NCBI GenBank assembly: GCA_001179505.1
Contig: CDMY01000033.1
Location: forward strand, 62,001 to 126,000
Direction of reading: 5' to 3'
From: Vitrella brassicaformis CCMP3155
Taxonomy: Eukaryota; Protista; Chromerida
Length of the DNA: 64,000 nucleotides
Both the position numbers and the translations under genes were made by a program. The notes under the pieces are model-generated. The model was given only the letters and a program-made list of their open reading frames with translations, ran no database searches and was not told where the DNA came from. This document shows positions 46,102 through 57,538 of this stretch, one piece after another (within the stretch, counting starts at the first letter, position 1; every line of letters starts with the position of its first letter).

Positions 46102-46506
46102 CACGGCTTACGTCGTCTGTGTCTGTGTTGTGGTCTCGTGTGGGTGTGTCATGGTTGCTCAACGACTGCTGCGGTGTGTCATTGTGACGCGAAGACGAGG
46201 GCGCAGCAGACTCAAAAGGCGCTGCACGCGCCAAGCAGAAGCGACACAAACAAACAAACAAACAACACAAATGGGTCATGTTCGGGTGTGAGTGAGTGAG
46301 TGTCGGCCTCCCTCTTGGTGCTTACGGGCAGCGACTTTGCAGACGAAGGTTCTGACGAAGTCCTCGGTGTCTGCGTCAGGCACCTCCACGTTGTAGGGCG
46401 TGTCTGCATCGGGCGGGTCCGTCAATCCCATCTGCCGAGCCGCCGCACGGTCCCACTGCAGGATGAGGGACCGACGCCCGCCGGTGCCGCCGGCGCTGTC
46501 AGCCAT
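43887..46506 (-). CDS. Stand-alone, divergent NAD(P) transhydrogenase domain I (PntA/PntAA, AlaDh_PNT fold)-like protein with N-terminal extension
   Basis: MKVGVIKE, VAIVPKSVPQMRRMGFEVVLETGAGESAGFSDSDY..WGA, QADIIVKV, VTAVAVGELPHTRATQSMD, KVLVIGSDVAARQAITTAK, DLVICSA, CIVDLTS and GVKIVG...ASSRYSSCIVNIL follow PntA domain I in order. The gene stops without transmembrane helices. Confidence 0.85.
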
Positions 46507-46801
46507 GATCAACGACAGCAAGCGATCAATGAGAGAGAGGAAATGACCAAACGAGCCGAACAAGTCACGAACCAAACCAGCGACAATAAGCTGTCCAAAA
46601 AGTAAATCCATTAAAAACCCTAACCCTAGTGATCGAACCCAGCGGGACTGTGTACTCAACCGCAAGTGCTTTGTGCTGCCGTGTGCGTCCCCAGCACCAC
46701 CAGCGTACGAGGTGTCTCGTGATTCACCTGTTCTCTGACGGTCTGACCGGTACCGCATGCAGGCGTCATCGCCGACGAGCAGCAAAGCCACAGCAGGCAG
46801 C

Positions 46802-49206
46802 ATGAGCGGCGGCGTGACGCAGATCAATGTCGGCGGCTATGTCATTGCGTTCCCGAGTGGCGTGCTGCTGCGCGAGGGGCTGCGTGGCATGTGTGTGGCG
46901 GTGCTGCTTCACCGGTTCGACGAGTGGATGCTCAAGGATGCCGACGGGACTCTCTTCATCGACGCAGACCCACTCTACTTCATCTGGTCATCCAGCAAAT
47001 GACACTCATTCATTGACTCACTGCTCTGCATGTCCATCTGTGTGTGTGTGTGTGTCAGGTTGTGTGAGAAGCTGACCCGTCTGAAGCATGGGTGGGTCGA
47101 CGAGATCAAGATCTTCGACGCCGTGCAGCCCATCCCCTTCTACCACGATATTTTCTTCGCCGAGTCGCCGATCGCCATCGACAGACCGCATAAGGACAGC
47201 GAGGACCAATCGGCATTCCGCAGCTTCATGGACAAGATGGGCGCCTTCATCAAGTCGTCCATAAAGGGCGGCAGGGGAGGGGCGGAGGTGCTCAGTGTGA
47301 CAGTGGACGGCCGCACAGTGGCGACCACCGATGCCACGCTGGCCGACTTCGACACACTCAACGACCGATTCACTAAGTGAGAAGACAGGCACACACAGGG
47401 GGTGAAATGGGGAAGCTGTGAAATGATTGACTTGCCTTCTCCCTCCTGTGTCACTTGTGCAGGTATGGCGCCACCCCCATTGTCGATGTGTGTGCCCATC
47501 ACTTCGACTTGTGAGCATCCAGACAACCACCACAGGCAACAACAGCGCATCTATTCCTCTGTTGGTGTGTTGGTCTTCAGGATCGTCGACTTCGCTCGTC
47601 GGTGTCGCCTCTCTCCCGATGCCGCCGTCGTCCCGCCGCCCTCGTGTGCCGACCAGGATGAGCTGGTGCGTGTGAGTGAGATGTACGGCGTCCTCGAGGC
47701 CATGTACCCCAACATCCTCGCCAACGACGTCATGCAGACCCTCCTCACCGTGATCGGCAAGAAGCAACCCAACACAACCTGCCTCTACAAGTGAGAACAG
47801 ACAAACGAAGGGCATCGCGCCATGCTACATGCATTCGTCGGCACGTCTGGCTGTGTCAGGAGTTCGCTCCACGGTTCGTCGTATGCAAGTTTGGTGCAGC
47901 GTGTGGTGGGGCGCCGCGGCCTCCTGTTCGTCATCAAGTGCGACGACGCCAACACCATCGCAACCTTCGCTGACACCAAACTGCACCTGCCGGCCGACCC
48001 AACATCTCAGCTTCTGTTCCGCTGCCCCGTGTCGCTGTTTTCGGTGTGCGGTGCGTTTGAGGGCGACGGAATCACCAAGATCGAGCTGCCACAGAACGAG
48101 CAGCATGTGGCGGTGGCGGGCACACAGGGGGCGGTGACGAACGAGGACGGTGAGCCACGCGGCAAGGTGTGCATCGCTGGCGGCCGCCTGTGGTTGGGGT
48201 ATGGCGAGCATGGCGGCCCGACTGACGACCTTCTCAACTGCGGTCAGTGGGTGATGAAGGAGGAGCTGCCGGCCAACAGGAAATTTGTGGGCAAGACCAT
48301 CAACAGGAACAGCAATGCCGCGAGCCTCTGTGGCGCTGAGACCTACAACATCACCGTCCAGCAGGTGGAGGTCTTCCAGGTCAGTCAGTCAGCCAGGCAT
48401 GAGCCAGAGGGCACACAAGTGGCTGTGAACATCATGACCTCTTTCATGTGTGTGAGCAGGTGTGGAGTGCTGTGCCGGCCGACCCCATCCTGTCTGAGGA
48501 TGGCCTGCGAGCACTCGTCGCCGCGACGGGCATGACGGATGCGACCCCACAACTACTCTACAAGTTAGCCAACGATGACAGGGAGGCTGGGAGGGTGCCT
48601 CGTAATGATATCCCTTTGCTGCTTTGTGTCTGCCTGTGTGTCAGGGGTGAGCGTGACGGCTGGGAGCATGAGGCCATGTTCAAGAATGTGCGCGACGCCA
48701 CCGACCTCCTGCTGCTCCTCAAAGACCTCGGCGGCTCCGTCATCGCCGCCCACATCGAGGGCGGACTCTCTCCGCCCGCCGACCCCACTGCAGTGACGAC
48801 AAGACCCTGTAAGGTATCACTGTTCTCGGTGTCCGGTGCGTTTGAGGGCGACGGAATCACCAAGATCGAGCTGCCACAGAAGGAGCAGGACGTGGCGGTG
48901 GCGGGCACACAGGGGGCGGTCAAGAATTGGAGACGCGAGGCGGTCGGCAAGGTGTGCATTGGTGACATGACCGACGACGCACCCGGCCGCCTGTGGCTGG
49001 GAATCGGCTGTCCCCGCCCGGCAGGCGACCTTCGCAGCTGCCAGCATTGGTTGTGGCAGAAGGAGCTGCCGGCCGGCAAGAAGCACATCGGGGCCATCGA
49101 CAACGAGGGCCACGGCAGCCTGGCCTCCAGCATCAACTTCCCACTCGCCGATATGGAGATCTACACACTGCAGTGCAGAAAGAGAAGGAAGCCCGACACA
49201 CGATGA
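46802..49206 (+). CDS. BTB/POZ + two tandem TLDc-like domains (lineage-expanded family)
   Basis: INVGGYVIAF...LFIDADPLYF (BTB-like). Two repeats of a LLYK...G...F...LLFVIK...F.../VSLFSVxGAFEGDG segment (TLDc-like). Confidence 0.75.
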
Positions 49207-50913
49207 GTGATGCGTCCTTCTCCCCCCACCGTCTCGCCTCTCTAAATCTCTCTCTCTCTCTCTCTCTCTTCCTCTCTCCTGGCCCGCAGTAGGTGAGTGT
49301 TGTCGCATCCACGACGAGCTCACGATCGACGTGACAGCTGCTGAGAGGGGCAGATAGGCGAGCACTTGGGTAGGTGGGACACACATCTGAAATGCGCTTG
49401 CGTCGCATGGTGGAATGCTTTATCACCGACGATGGATACAATCATACGTCCATGTGTGTGTGTGTGTGTGTGTGCGCACAGGGTCTGTTTTGGCCACATG
49501 GGGGGTATCTATCTTCATGTCTATAGCCAGTGGAACGCATCCCTTTGTCGACGGACTTCCATGTGTGTGGCGTGTCGCATGCGTCCGTGTGTCGGATGCT
49601 GTGCAGACAATACCGACGCACTCTCATCTCGATGTATTGCTTTTGACACACACGGTCCATCACAGTGTATGTGTGGAGCAAGAAACACGCAAGTACCCGC
49701 CCATTCACTGTCTCGCCTCTCGCCTCTCGCCGCGCGCACAAGACACTCCACACAGAGACATGTAGCGTCCATCGACAGTCATCATCCACCCACCCAGCTG
49801 GTCTGGTCTGCAGATGAATATGTGATGCGTGTGGGGCTTCCTCATCCCATGTGGTGTGTCACCACACATTCACTCGTTGGCGTCGCTCTGCTGCCTGCCG
49901 CATGTGCAGGGGGCGGCAAACAGCAGAGCGACGCCGTCGATGCGAATGCATGGCAACAAACCACACGGAGAGAGACGGGCAGACCACAGCCGGGCTATCG
50001 CACCAGACACACAGACAGACAGACAGACAGACAGAGGGCGGTAAGTCGTCACAATTATAAGGCAGCCAGGGCTGGTCAGTCTGTGTGGTCTTCACATCCG
50101 TCTAGAGCCAGCACAATGCATTGGTTCATCGACGGACCTCTGTGCGTGTGGTGTGTTGCATGGCATGCGTCCATATATGCGATGCTGTCCAGACAATACC
50201 GAGACATTCACATGTGGACACACACTGTCCGTCACACACGCAAAGGCATGCCACGTCATGCCCATCAACCCACCCACCCAGCCACCTGGTGGAAACAGAC
50301 CACACGGAGAGCTCTAGAGCCGGGCAGACCACAGAGAACTGACAGACAGACAGACAGACAGACGGGCAAGTCGCTGGGCAGCCGACGAATAGTTTGAGTG
50401 AAGCGGGAGAATGGCAGGGATACAGCCCGATTCATAACTACCTCGACCACGTATATCGACATGAGTGAAGATGGGTACGCAGCAACAGCGATCGCTCCAT
50501 CCATCCATCCATCCGCACATATATGCGCCCATCGGCCACCAAACACAGAGATGTATGCACGAAAACAGCCAGCCAACCAGACAGACATCCCCCAATGCTA
50601 TCACCTTGGCCAAATCCAAAGAAGAACAAACACACCGCATACCCACGCAGACAAACAGATAGATACACTGGTGCGGACATGTGCCATTCAGCGATGCACA
50701 GAGCCTGCAGCTTCTTGACGGGAAGGAGGCAGTGAGTTCGAAGAAGCCGCAACCAAGCGATTTACCATTAAAGGGTCAGCGCAGCACCAACGAAAGAGTC
50801 CAAGGGGTCACGTCAGGCATGCATCACGGGGGTATCGACACAGCACAGCGGCAGGTATAAATCACAGCACAGCACAGCACACTCTCCCATATGCACACCC
50901 GCCCATATCGACG

Positions 50914-52835
50914 TCACTTAGTGAGAGGGAAAGAAGCCCGCAACAAGGCCACGCGCCTATCTGTCGCTACCCTATCGCAATCCTCCATATTGCCCGTTTC
51001 GTCCGTGTCACTCACGGCGTCCTGCAGTGCAGCCATACTGAGCTCCTGCCTGTGGATGATAGGCGGGGCCTCAAACAGATCAGATCCTGACACACACACA
51101 TACATCGATCAACCACAAGTACATCCAGGGCGGGTCAGTGGTGGCTCACCGTGAAGTCTGTCTTCATAGGGTTGTTGTTGACGGCCCCGAGGGCACTGCA
51201 CTGCGGTAGTGGTGCACCTTGGCCACAGTGGGGTGGGCGGCATCATCATGCTCCGCCGCCTCCCCAGCATAAGCTTCTGCAGGTTGTGAATACCCTGCAC
51301 CCGCACCCATCCACAAATGCCACACAGAGACACAATGGATGACCGTTCTTCTCTCGTCGTCTCTCCCTCAGTCGATGCACGCTGACCATTCTGGCTGGCG
51401 GCCCAGATATCTGGGCATGATGATGCACTTGGTGCGGCTCTTGGGCTTCCCTCTCAGCCCGCAGTGCTCCGTGCGCCGGGTGAACCTCTGTGTGGCGAGC
51501 TGGGAAGACGGCCCGTCGGTTTGCCATTCGGTGAAGAAGAAATAGGTGTAGAAGCGGAATGCGTCGACGTCGCCCTTGGGCTCCTCGTTCTCTTTGGCAC
51601 GGATGGCATCCTGGAGGGTGGGGAGGGGAGGGGAGGGGGAAGGCCGGGTGACGTTGTCGCGTTATCAGTGGGCAGAATGAACTCATCTGTGTCCATGAAG
51701 GCCACATATCTGACAACAATCCGATAGGCAGCCATGCAGTGGCCACAGATGCTCTTCTCATGTCACCCACCTGCTGCCCATTCGCCTAAGGTAGCAGTCC
51801 TGGACGAGGGCATTCTGCGCGAAGTCCCACAGATCATTGAAGGGCGGCACCGCACTCGGCAGCCGATAGGGCACCACCTCGAGCAGCCCCTCGTGCACAT
51901 GGTACTCCACCAGCCGCACCACGGCTCCACTCACAGGCACCACACTCTCATAGCTTAAGGTGAAGAGCCGCACCCCCACCCAGCAGCCGCCACATCTCAA
52001 TGAACTCAGTCAGCGCGTCTACGTCATCGTAGGCCTCCAGTGATGACGGCAATGCGTTTGGGGTCTCGCCGGTGTCTGGTGGATGGCGTGTGGGTGCCTT
52101 GGGCACGCCCCACCAGTGACGCACACACACGGAGAGCTCACGCCGGGAGAAATCTGGCGCTCCACTCGCTGGCAAAGGTGACAAAATCCTGCAGCAAGCA
52201 GCACAAAAGGTCCAGCCAAATGGAGGAGGGATACGATCACCTGACGGCATTCTCACCTGACCGGCATGACGACGTGGCTCACGGACGGACTGTCGAAGAA
52301 GAGCTCCACATCAGCAGGAGCCCTCATAATTGGCGAGCCACACAGAAGAAAATGCGCCGCATAGGTCATGTTCTGGTGCTCAGGCCGCCGCTCTGTCACC
52401 ACCGGCGCGTCGTCGATCGTCTGCTTTTCCTCCCCACGCATCACCAGCAGCCATCTTCAGCCGGCACTTGAGGTTATCAAGAGCCGCCAGGTAGCCCACG
52501 CGATTCGCCGCTGCAGAGGGGATAGGGAGGGCCTGGCAGCCGTCTGACGACGCCCTATGGGTCGTAGTAAAGCCCTCGACGAGTGACAGCTCCTCTCCTT
52601 GCAGCGACCACCCACCGCTGCAGCACCGTAAGGATCTGGGTCTCATGCGTGCTGAGCTGATCCCCCGGATGCAATGAGTGCCGTGTCGAGCCTGCTGCTG
52701 ACAGATGCGATGCTGAGTCACACCAATTGCTGACGAAGCTGCTTGGCTGCGCATCGTCGTCCCATTGGGCCGGACCAGCCACCGCCGGCAGCCAAAGAAA
52801 GAGGCGACGAAGAGAAGCAGCGCCAAGAAGACCAT
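50914..52835 (-). CDS. Type II membrane glycosyltransferase family 92 (DUF23)-like protein
   Basis: N-terminal MVFLALLLFVASFFG anchor; LSVCV, EFIEMWRLLG, LVEYHVHEGLLEVVPY, QNALVQDCYLR, YVAFMDTDEFILP (DxD), TKCIIMP and KVHHYR motifs. Ends approximate. Confidence 0.65.
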
Positions 52836-53113
52836 CCTGCCCGCTCGCAGGCCACGTCTGACTGCTGAGTTGAATGGGGATGGCTATCCCACGTCCATCC
52901 AAGCGTCCATCATCATGCTGCCGAACACTCAATGACACGTCACGGCTGCAAGCATCGCTGCGGTTTGCGCAGAGCATCAGAAGAAGCCTTCGAAGCCGTT
53001 TCTTCTTTTCTTCTTTCGCTCGTGCAAGCTTGCATGCAGCGGGGGGCTCGGGGGGGGCCGAGACTTGGCCGAGACGGCAGAGTCATGCTTTCCGAGAGGG
53101 CATACTGCCCCCA

Positions 53114-53178
53114 CCCTAGCCCCTAACCCGAACCCTAACCCGAACCCTGAACCCGAACCCTGGGAATGGGGTTCGGGT
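53114..53178. repeat. Short interstitial telomere-like array (CCCTAA/CCCGAA) followed by an inverted half
   Basis: ccctagcccctaacccgaaccctaacccgaaccctgaacccgaaccc, then gggttcgggt: 10-bp stem 53151-53160/53169-53178. Confidence 0.7.
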
Positions 53179-53340
53179 AGTGGGGTCGAGACCTCCCTTT
53201 AGCGAAACGATCCTAGCCTATGGAGACCCGGGTGGGGGCATCCTGTCCGTGTCTTTAGGGCGGAACGTGAAACTTGCATCCATCGGGTCTGGGATATAAT
53301 TGTTCGGATGCAGTAGTTTGTTGCCGGGGGCGTCGTCATC

Positions 53341-53964
53341 ATGGACGACCGAATGCCTAATCGTCCGCCTAGGCCTCCGCGTGAGTGCGCCACCTTCTCA
53401 CGCCCAGAGAGGCCCCAGCTCCGATTCAGGTTTGGTCAGGACTCCGATATCGAGTTCACCGCCCCCGTGGACCGCCTGAGCCTCAGGTTCGACCCGCAGT
53501 GTAAAGTGAGTGCATTCATGGTGCAGTGGCAGCGACAGGGGGTGCTTCATCGCAAAGCTGTGGTGATTAGTGGAGATCTCGGGCTGTTTCGTCGGTTGGA
53601 AGCGCACCTGGTGTATGGAGAACCGCTGGGCGAGCGCGACCCACACCTTCTCCGCCATCAGCAGATGTTCACCAACTTCATCATATTCGCCAATACAGGT
53701 GGGAAAGGGCCAGTTGGGCAGAGAGCCTGGTTGGGCAGAGAGCGTGGAGGGATTGACGCACGGATGCAGATGCCTTTCTTTCATTCAGGAAGTGGCAGCG
53801 TAGATGCGGGCTCCGCAGGAGATGGCGCCGCACAAGCAGCTGCAGGCGCCTCAGACCAGACTCCGGTGGGTTATCATGCTTTGTTGGAATACTTTGATGG
53901 TGCACATGTGATGTGGTTTTTCTCAGCAAGGCGAAGCCTCTCCTCCTGGCGCTGCTGGTGTTGA
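53341..53964 (+). CDS. Hypothetical protein (207-aa ORF)
   Basis: ATG-started ORF with non-repetitive composition. No motif recognised; splicing uncertain. Confidence 0.3.
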   Translation: MDDRMPNRPPRPPRECATFSRPERPQLRFRFGQDSDIEFTAPVDRLSLRFDPQCKVSAFMVQWQRQGVLHRKAVVISGDLGLFRRLEAHLVYGEPLGERDPHLLRHQQMFTNFIIFANTGGKGPVGQRAWLGRERGGIDARMQMPFFHSGSGSVDAGSAGDGAAQAAAGASDQTPVGYHALLEYFDGAHVMWFFSARRSLSSWRCWC

Positions 53965-54983
53965 GATCGAACAACCTGACACATCGCCAAATCAGGTCAT
54001 TGCAGTACTACAAACACACCACACACCCAACGCATAGCCCCACCACGGGTCTTTATGGGTGCTTTTAGATACCCCCTCCCGCCCAACCGCAACCGTTTTG
54101 GAATGGAACCATCTCTCCACTCTCTGCTCCCAAGGCAAGCAAGCATTCACATTTTCAGCTGCAGGTTACTTATTGGACTTGGCGTGTAATGCAGGCTACG
54201 TTTGAGAGGCTTGAAGCATTCCCCGCAACTGGCAAGGTCACATACCTGCAAGGATGCACAGATGCACTTAATGTAGCACGGAAACGACCTATATGGCTGC
54301 ATGTATGCGCAGGTGGGCGGAGGTGGCCAGGGTGGCGATAAGTTGTCTGGCGGGCAGCAGAAGACACCAACTAACCAGGTGGGCAAAGTTGCCCGGCAAA
54401 CCCTCAAGTGAATACGGATGTGTTCGCATACGCGTTCATGCCCTCTTGTATGGATGTGTGTACACACAGGCGGAGGGCCAAGCCGAGACACATACCAAGG
54501 CACATACCAAACAGGCGGGCACCGCAACACGCACATACCCACATCCACACGAACACAAACCCTATTGTGGCACACATGCGCAGATGGCTGGAGGTGCTCA
54601 GGGTGGTCAGCAATCGTCTGTCGAGCAGCAGAAGATACCACCTAGTCAGGTGGGCAGCCCCTTGCGCCAAAACGAATGTGGTCGCAGTCATGTTTGCACG
54701 CTCTCCTCTCCCCCCTCCCCACCTCATCCCCATTCAATGGCGGACAAACCCCATTCACGTCGTTCTGGTGCGATGGATGTCTGCAGGGACAGGCGGGCGG
54801 TGGGGCTTCGCAGACAGTGCGACAGAAGGCAGGGACAATAGAAAGTTGAATACGTTTGACTGTCCGATTGATAGGCGTTGATGTGAAGCCGAGGAAGCTC
54901 TTGCTGAGAGGGAAAGAGCGCACAGCTGGTGTCAGAGCTGTGTACGGGTTCGGTCGTGATCGTTCTTCATCAGCCACATGCCG

Positions 54984-55283
54984 NNNNNNNNNNNNNNNNN
55001 NNNNNNNNNNNNNNNNNNNNNNNNNNNNNNNNNNNNNNNNNNNNNNNNNNNNNNNNNNNNNNNNNNNNNNNNNNNNNNNNNNNNNNNNNNNNNNNNNNNN
55101 NNNNNNNNNNNNNNNNNNNNNNNNNNNNNNNNNNNNNNNNNNNNNNNNNNNNNNNNNNNNNNNNNNNNNNNNNNNNNNNNNNNNNNNNNNNNNNNNNNNN
55201 NNNNNNNNNNNNNNNNNNNNNNNNNNNNNNNNNNNNNNNNNNNNNNNNNNNNNNNNNNNNNNNNNNNNNNNNNNNNNNNNNNN
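54984..55283. other. Assembly gap (300 N)
   Basis: Exactly 300 N. Confidence 1.
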
Positions 55284-55620
55284 AGCAAAATAAACCTTCA
55301 CCGCTTTCATGACGGTCTTGCCGGTGCCGCCCCCGCGGGTCAGGCACATGAGCAATGACGCGATGTACTTGTTGTCCCTCAGGTCTTTGTAGTGGTTCAG
55401 CAACTGGCTGCAGATGATTTGGAACGCCCGCATCTGCTTTTTGTTCAATCGGTGATGGCTCACCCACTGAACAGAGAAGATCCTGTCGTCGACCGTCTCA
55501 GGCGGCTTGAATGCGGACGCCGGCTGCGCCAGCAATCGAGTGAGGTCGGCCGCATTCATCGAGTGACCACCGTGTGTGAAGATATTCGAAGAGAAGCTAC
55601 TCAGAAGGCTTACTTCATCT
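55284..55620 (-). mobile_element. Degenerate PIF1-like helicase N-terminal fragment, probably a Helitron-like remnant
   Basis: HRLNKKQMRAFQIICSQLL...LLMCLTRGGGTGKTVMKAVKVYF matches the LN-x2-Q-x2-AF...G-x-GGTGK[ST] Q-motif/Walker A of PIF1-family helicases. Cut by the gap. Confidence 0.6.
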
Positions 55621-56156
55621 GACGTGCCGCGGCTGTGCCCGATTTTACTTAGCTTGTTGCGTTGCTGGTGCAGGTCATCGTTGGGCTGATCCTGGCGGCT
55701 CCCATTTGAATGACAAGCCGATTGACAGTCATCGAAGGCAGTCTTCAACAGCCCCTTCAACAGGCACATCCAATTGTATCCAGCGATGCATTGATATACT
55801 TCGCGAAGTGCGTCTTGAACACGGGCACAGCGGCGCGGCAATTGGGGGGGGCGCTTGTGTTCTTGGTGGAGCCACTTTGAGTACCTGCATGTCATCGCCA
55901 CGTCTGCCTTCAAGATCTGCATGTCTCTCGCCATTGTTGTCTGCATGTTTTTGAAACTCTCGCGGTGTGCTTCTCGCAAACACTCGTGCTGTGCACCTCT
56001 CTGTGACGCATAATTAAACCACCGCTTCGGACGCTGCTTTCGACCCCCGCCCAATTCGCGGCCCGGGGTGCCCACGCAGTGGGTGCCCCTTACTCGGAAT
56101 CTCTACCCCGTCCGGCGTTCGCTTTATTTCGCGAAGCTTGCGCGAATCTGGCACAG

Positions 56157-57198
56157 ATGAACGGAGGGGGTGAGGCATCTGGAGGCGGCGAAGCCAGCAG
56201 CCACCGCACTGTCCTGGATGCAATCCACCAGATGGAGCACAAAGTTCTCACTGCCATCCAGCAACTCGAGGTAAGACAGGCCCGGAACAGGCAGGCAGGC
56301 AGGCAGGCAGTCAGGCAGGCAGGCAGGGACCAGCTAATGCACACAGCATTCCGCCTGTGCATGTGTGTGTGTGTGTGTGTGTGTGTGCAGGAGCGTCTAT
56401 CGCGCCTCGAGAGTAGCGTGACGTCTGCGGCTGTGTCAGGTGCCAACCCGTCCGCTGCTCTGTCGGACAGCACTTCCAAGCCACCTGCCCGCTCCAGGGG
56501 TGATTTGGTAGTGCCGCCCGCCCCTCGGCCAGTTACTGGCCGCACCGCTGGCACCCCCGGTGTGCAGGATGGGGCGCCGCGTGCCCCTTCGGCCATCGAC
56601 ACCACGGCGCGGCTCATGGAGGAGGACCGACGACGGGCGGAAGAGGTGCGGTGCGCCTGGCTGGGCAGACGACACAGACAGACAAACAGACAGACAGAGA
56701 GTGCGGGAGGCAGGGAAACGACAGGCATGCACACGACAGAAATTCTCCCTCCCTCCCTCCCTCCCTCCCTCCCTCCGTCCCTGCCTTCAGGCCAAGTTGC
56801 GTGAGGAGCAGGCGCGGAAGCACAGGGAGATGGAGGAGGCCCGGAAGCGACAGGAGCAGGAACAGAAACAACGGTGGGTGACCATGAACCGACCGAATCA
56901 ACACACACACACACACACACACACGCACACTGTGCACCGGTGGATACCGCCCTGCCTTTGTTCATGTCCATCCATCTATGAGCATCTGTACTCATACTTG
57001 CTGCACTGCAGTGAGGAGGAGGAGAAGGCCAAGAAGCGTGCACTGCTCGACGAGAAACGGAAAGCCCTCCTCGGTGAGCAGCTCTTCGCACACAATGAGT
57101 GTTTCTTTGGTGGATGGATGGATGTTTGTTTGGCAGGCACCCTGGTGCAGGATGGTCCGACGAATAGCAAGGTGGGCGGAGCGGGGCTGTTTGACTGA
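56157..57198 (+). CDS. Hypothetical coiled-coil protein
   Basis: Five or six GT-AG exons (MNGGGEAS...LEERLSRLE...EEDRRRAEEAKLREEQ...ALL..GTLVQDGPTNSKVGGAGLFD*). Confidence 0.7.
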
Positions 57199-57538
57199 CT
57201 AGCGCAGCTGACAAATGACAGCAAAGGGCAGGCGGAAACAGAACGTGTAGCAGGCAATGCATCGTAGCTGCATCGAGTAGGGCGGGCAAAGCGGCGATGG
57301 CCATCCAGAGCCAGTCAGCCAGTCTCATGAATCAAAGCAGTGAGTGCATGGCAAGCTTCATGTATGAGGCATATGTGTGTACATGTCCTGTGTCTGTTCA
57401 TGGGACCATGACATTTCCTCGTGTCTGCGTGGCGCGTGTGGGGGACCAGCTCAATTTTTGTGTTTGTGTGCAAGGAGTAGTCAATCGCTTCCTTCCTCCA
57501 CTTTACAGCTCGCAATCCTCCAGGGGAATTTCGTCGAT

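Larger units (their letters stand above)
42918..46565 (+). repeat. ~3.6-kb segmental duplication, ancestral-looking copy
   Basis: Contains intact BRE1 terminal exons and an intact transhydrogenase-like gene. Confidence 0.92.

Noticed and set aside
49470-50370. Short degenerate duplications in the intergenic region (e.g. tgctgt.cagacaataccga; ggcagaccacag...(gaca)n)
   Set aside because: Short and microsatellite-associated, with no coding or terminal structure.
54300-54675. Two ~90-bp degenerate direct repeats (gcag.tgg..ggaggtg..cagggtgg...caggtgggca)
   Set aside because: Only two diverged copies with no consistent reading frame; not CRISPR-like.
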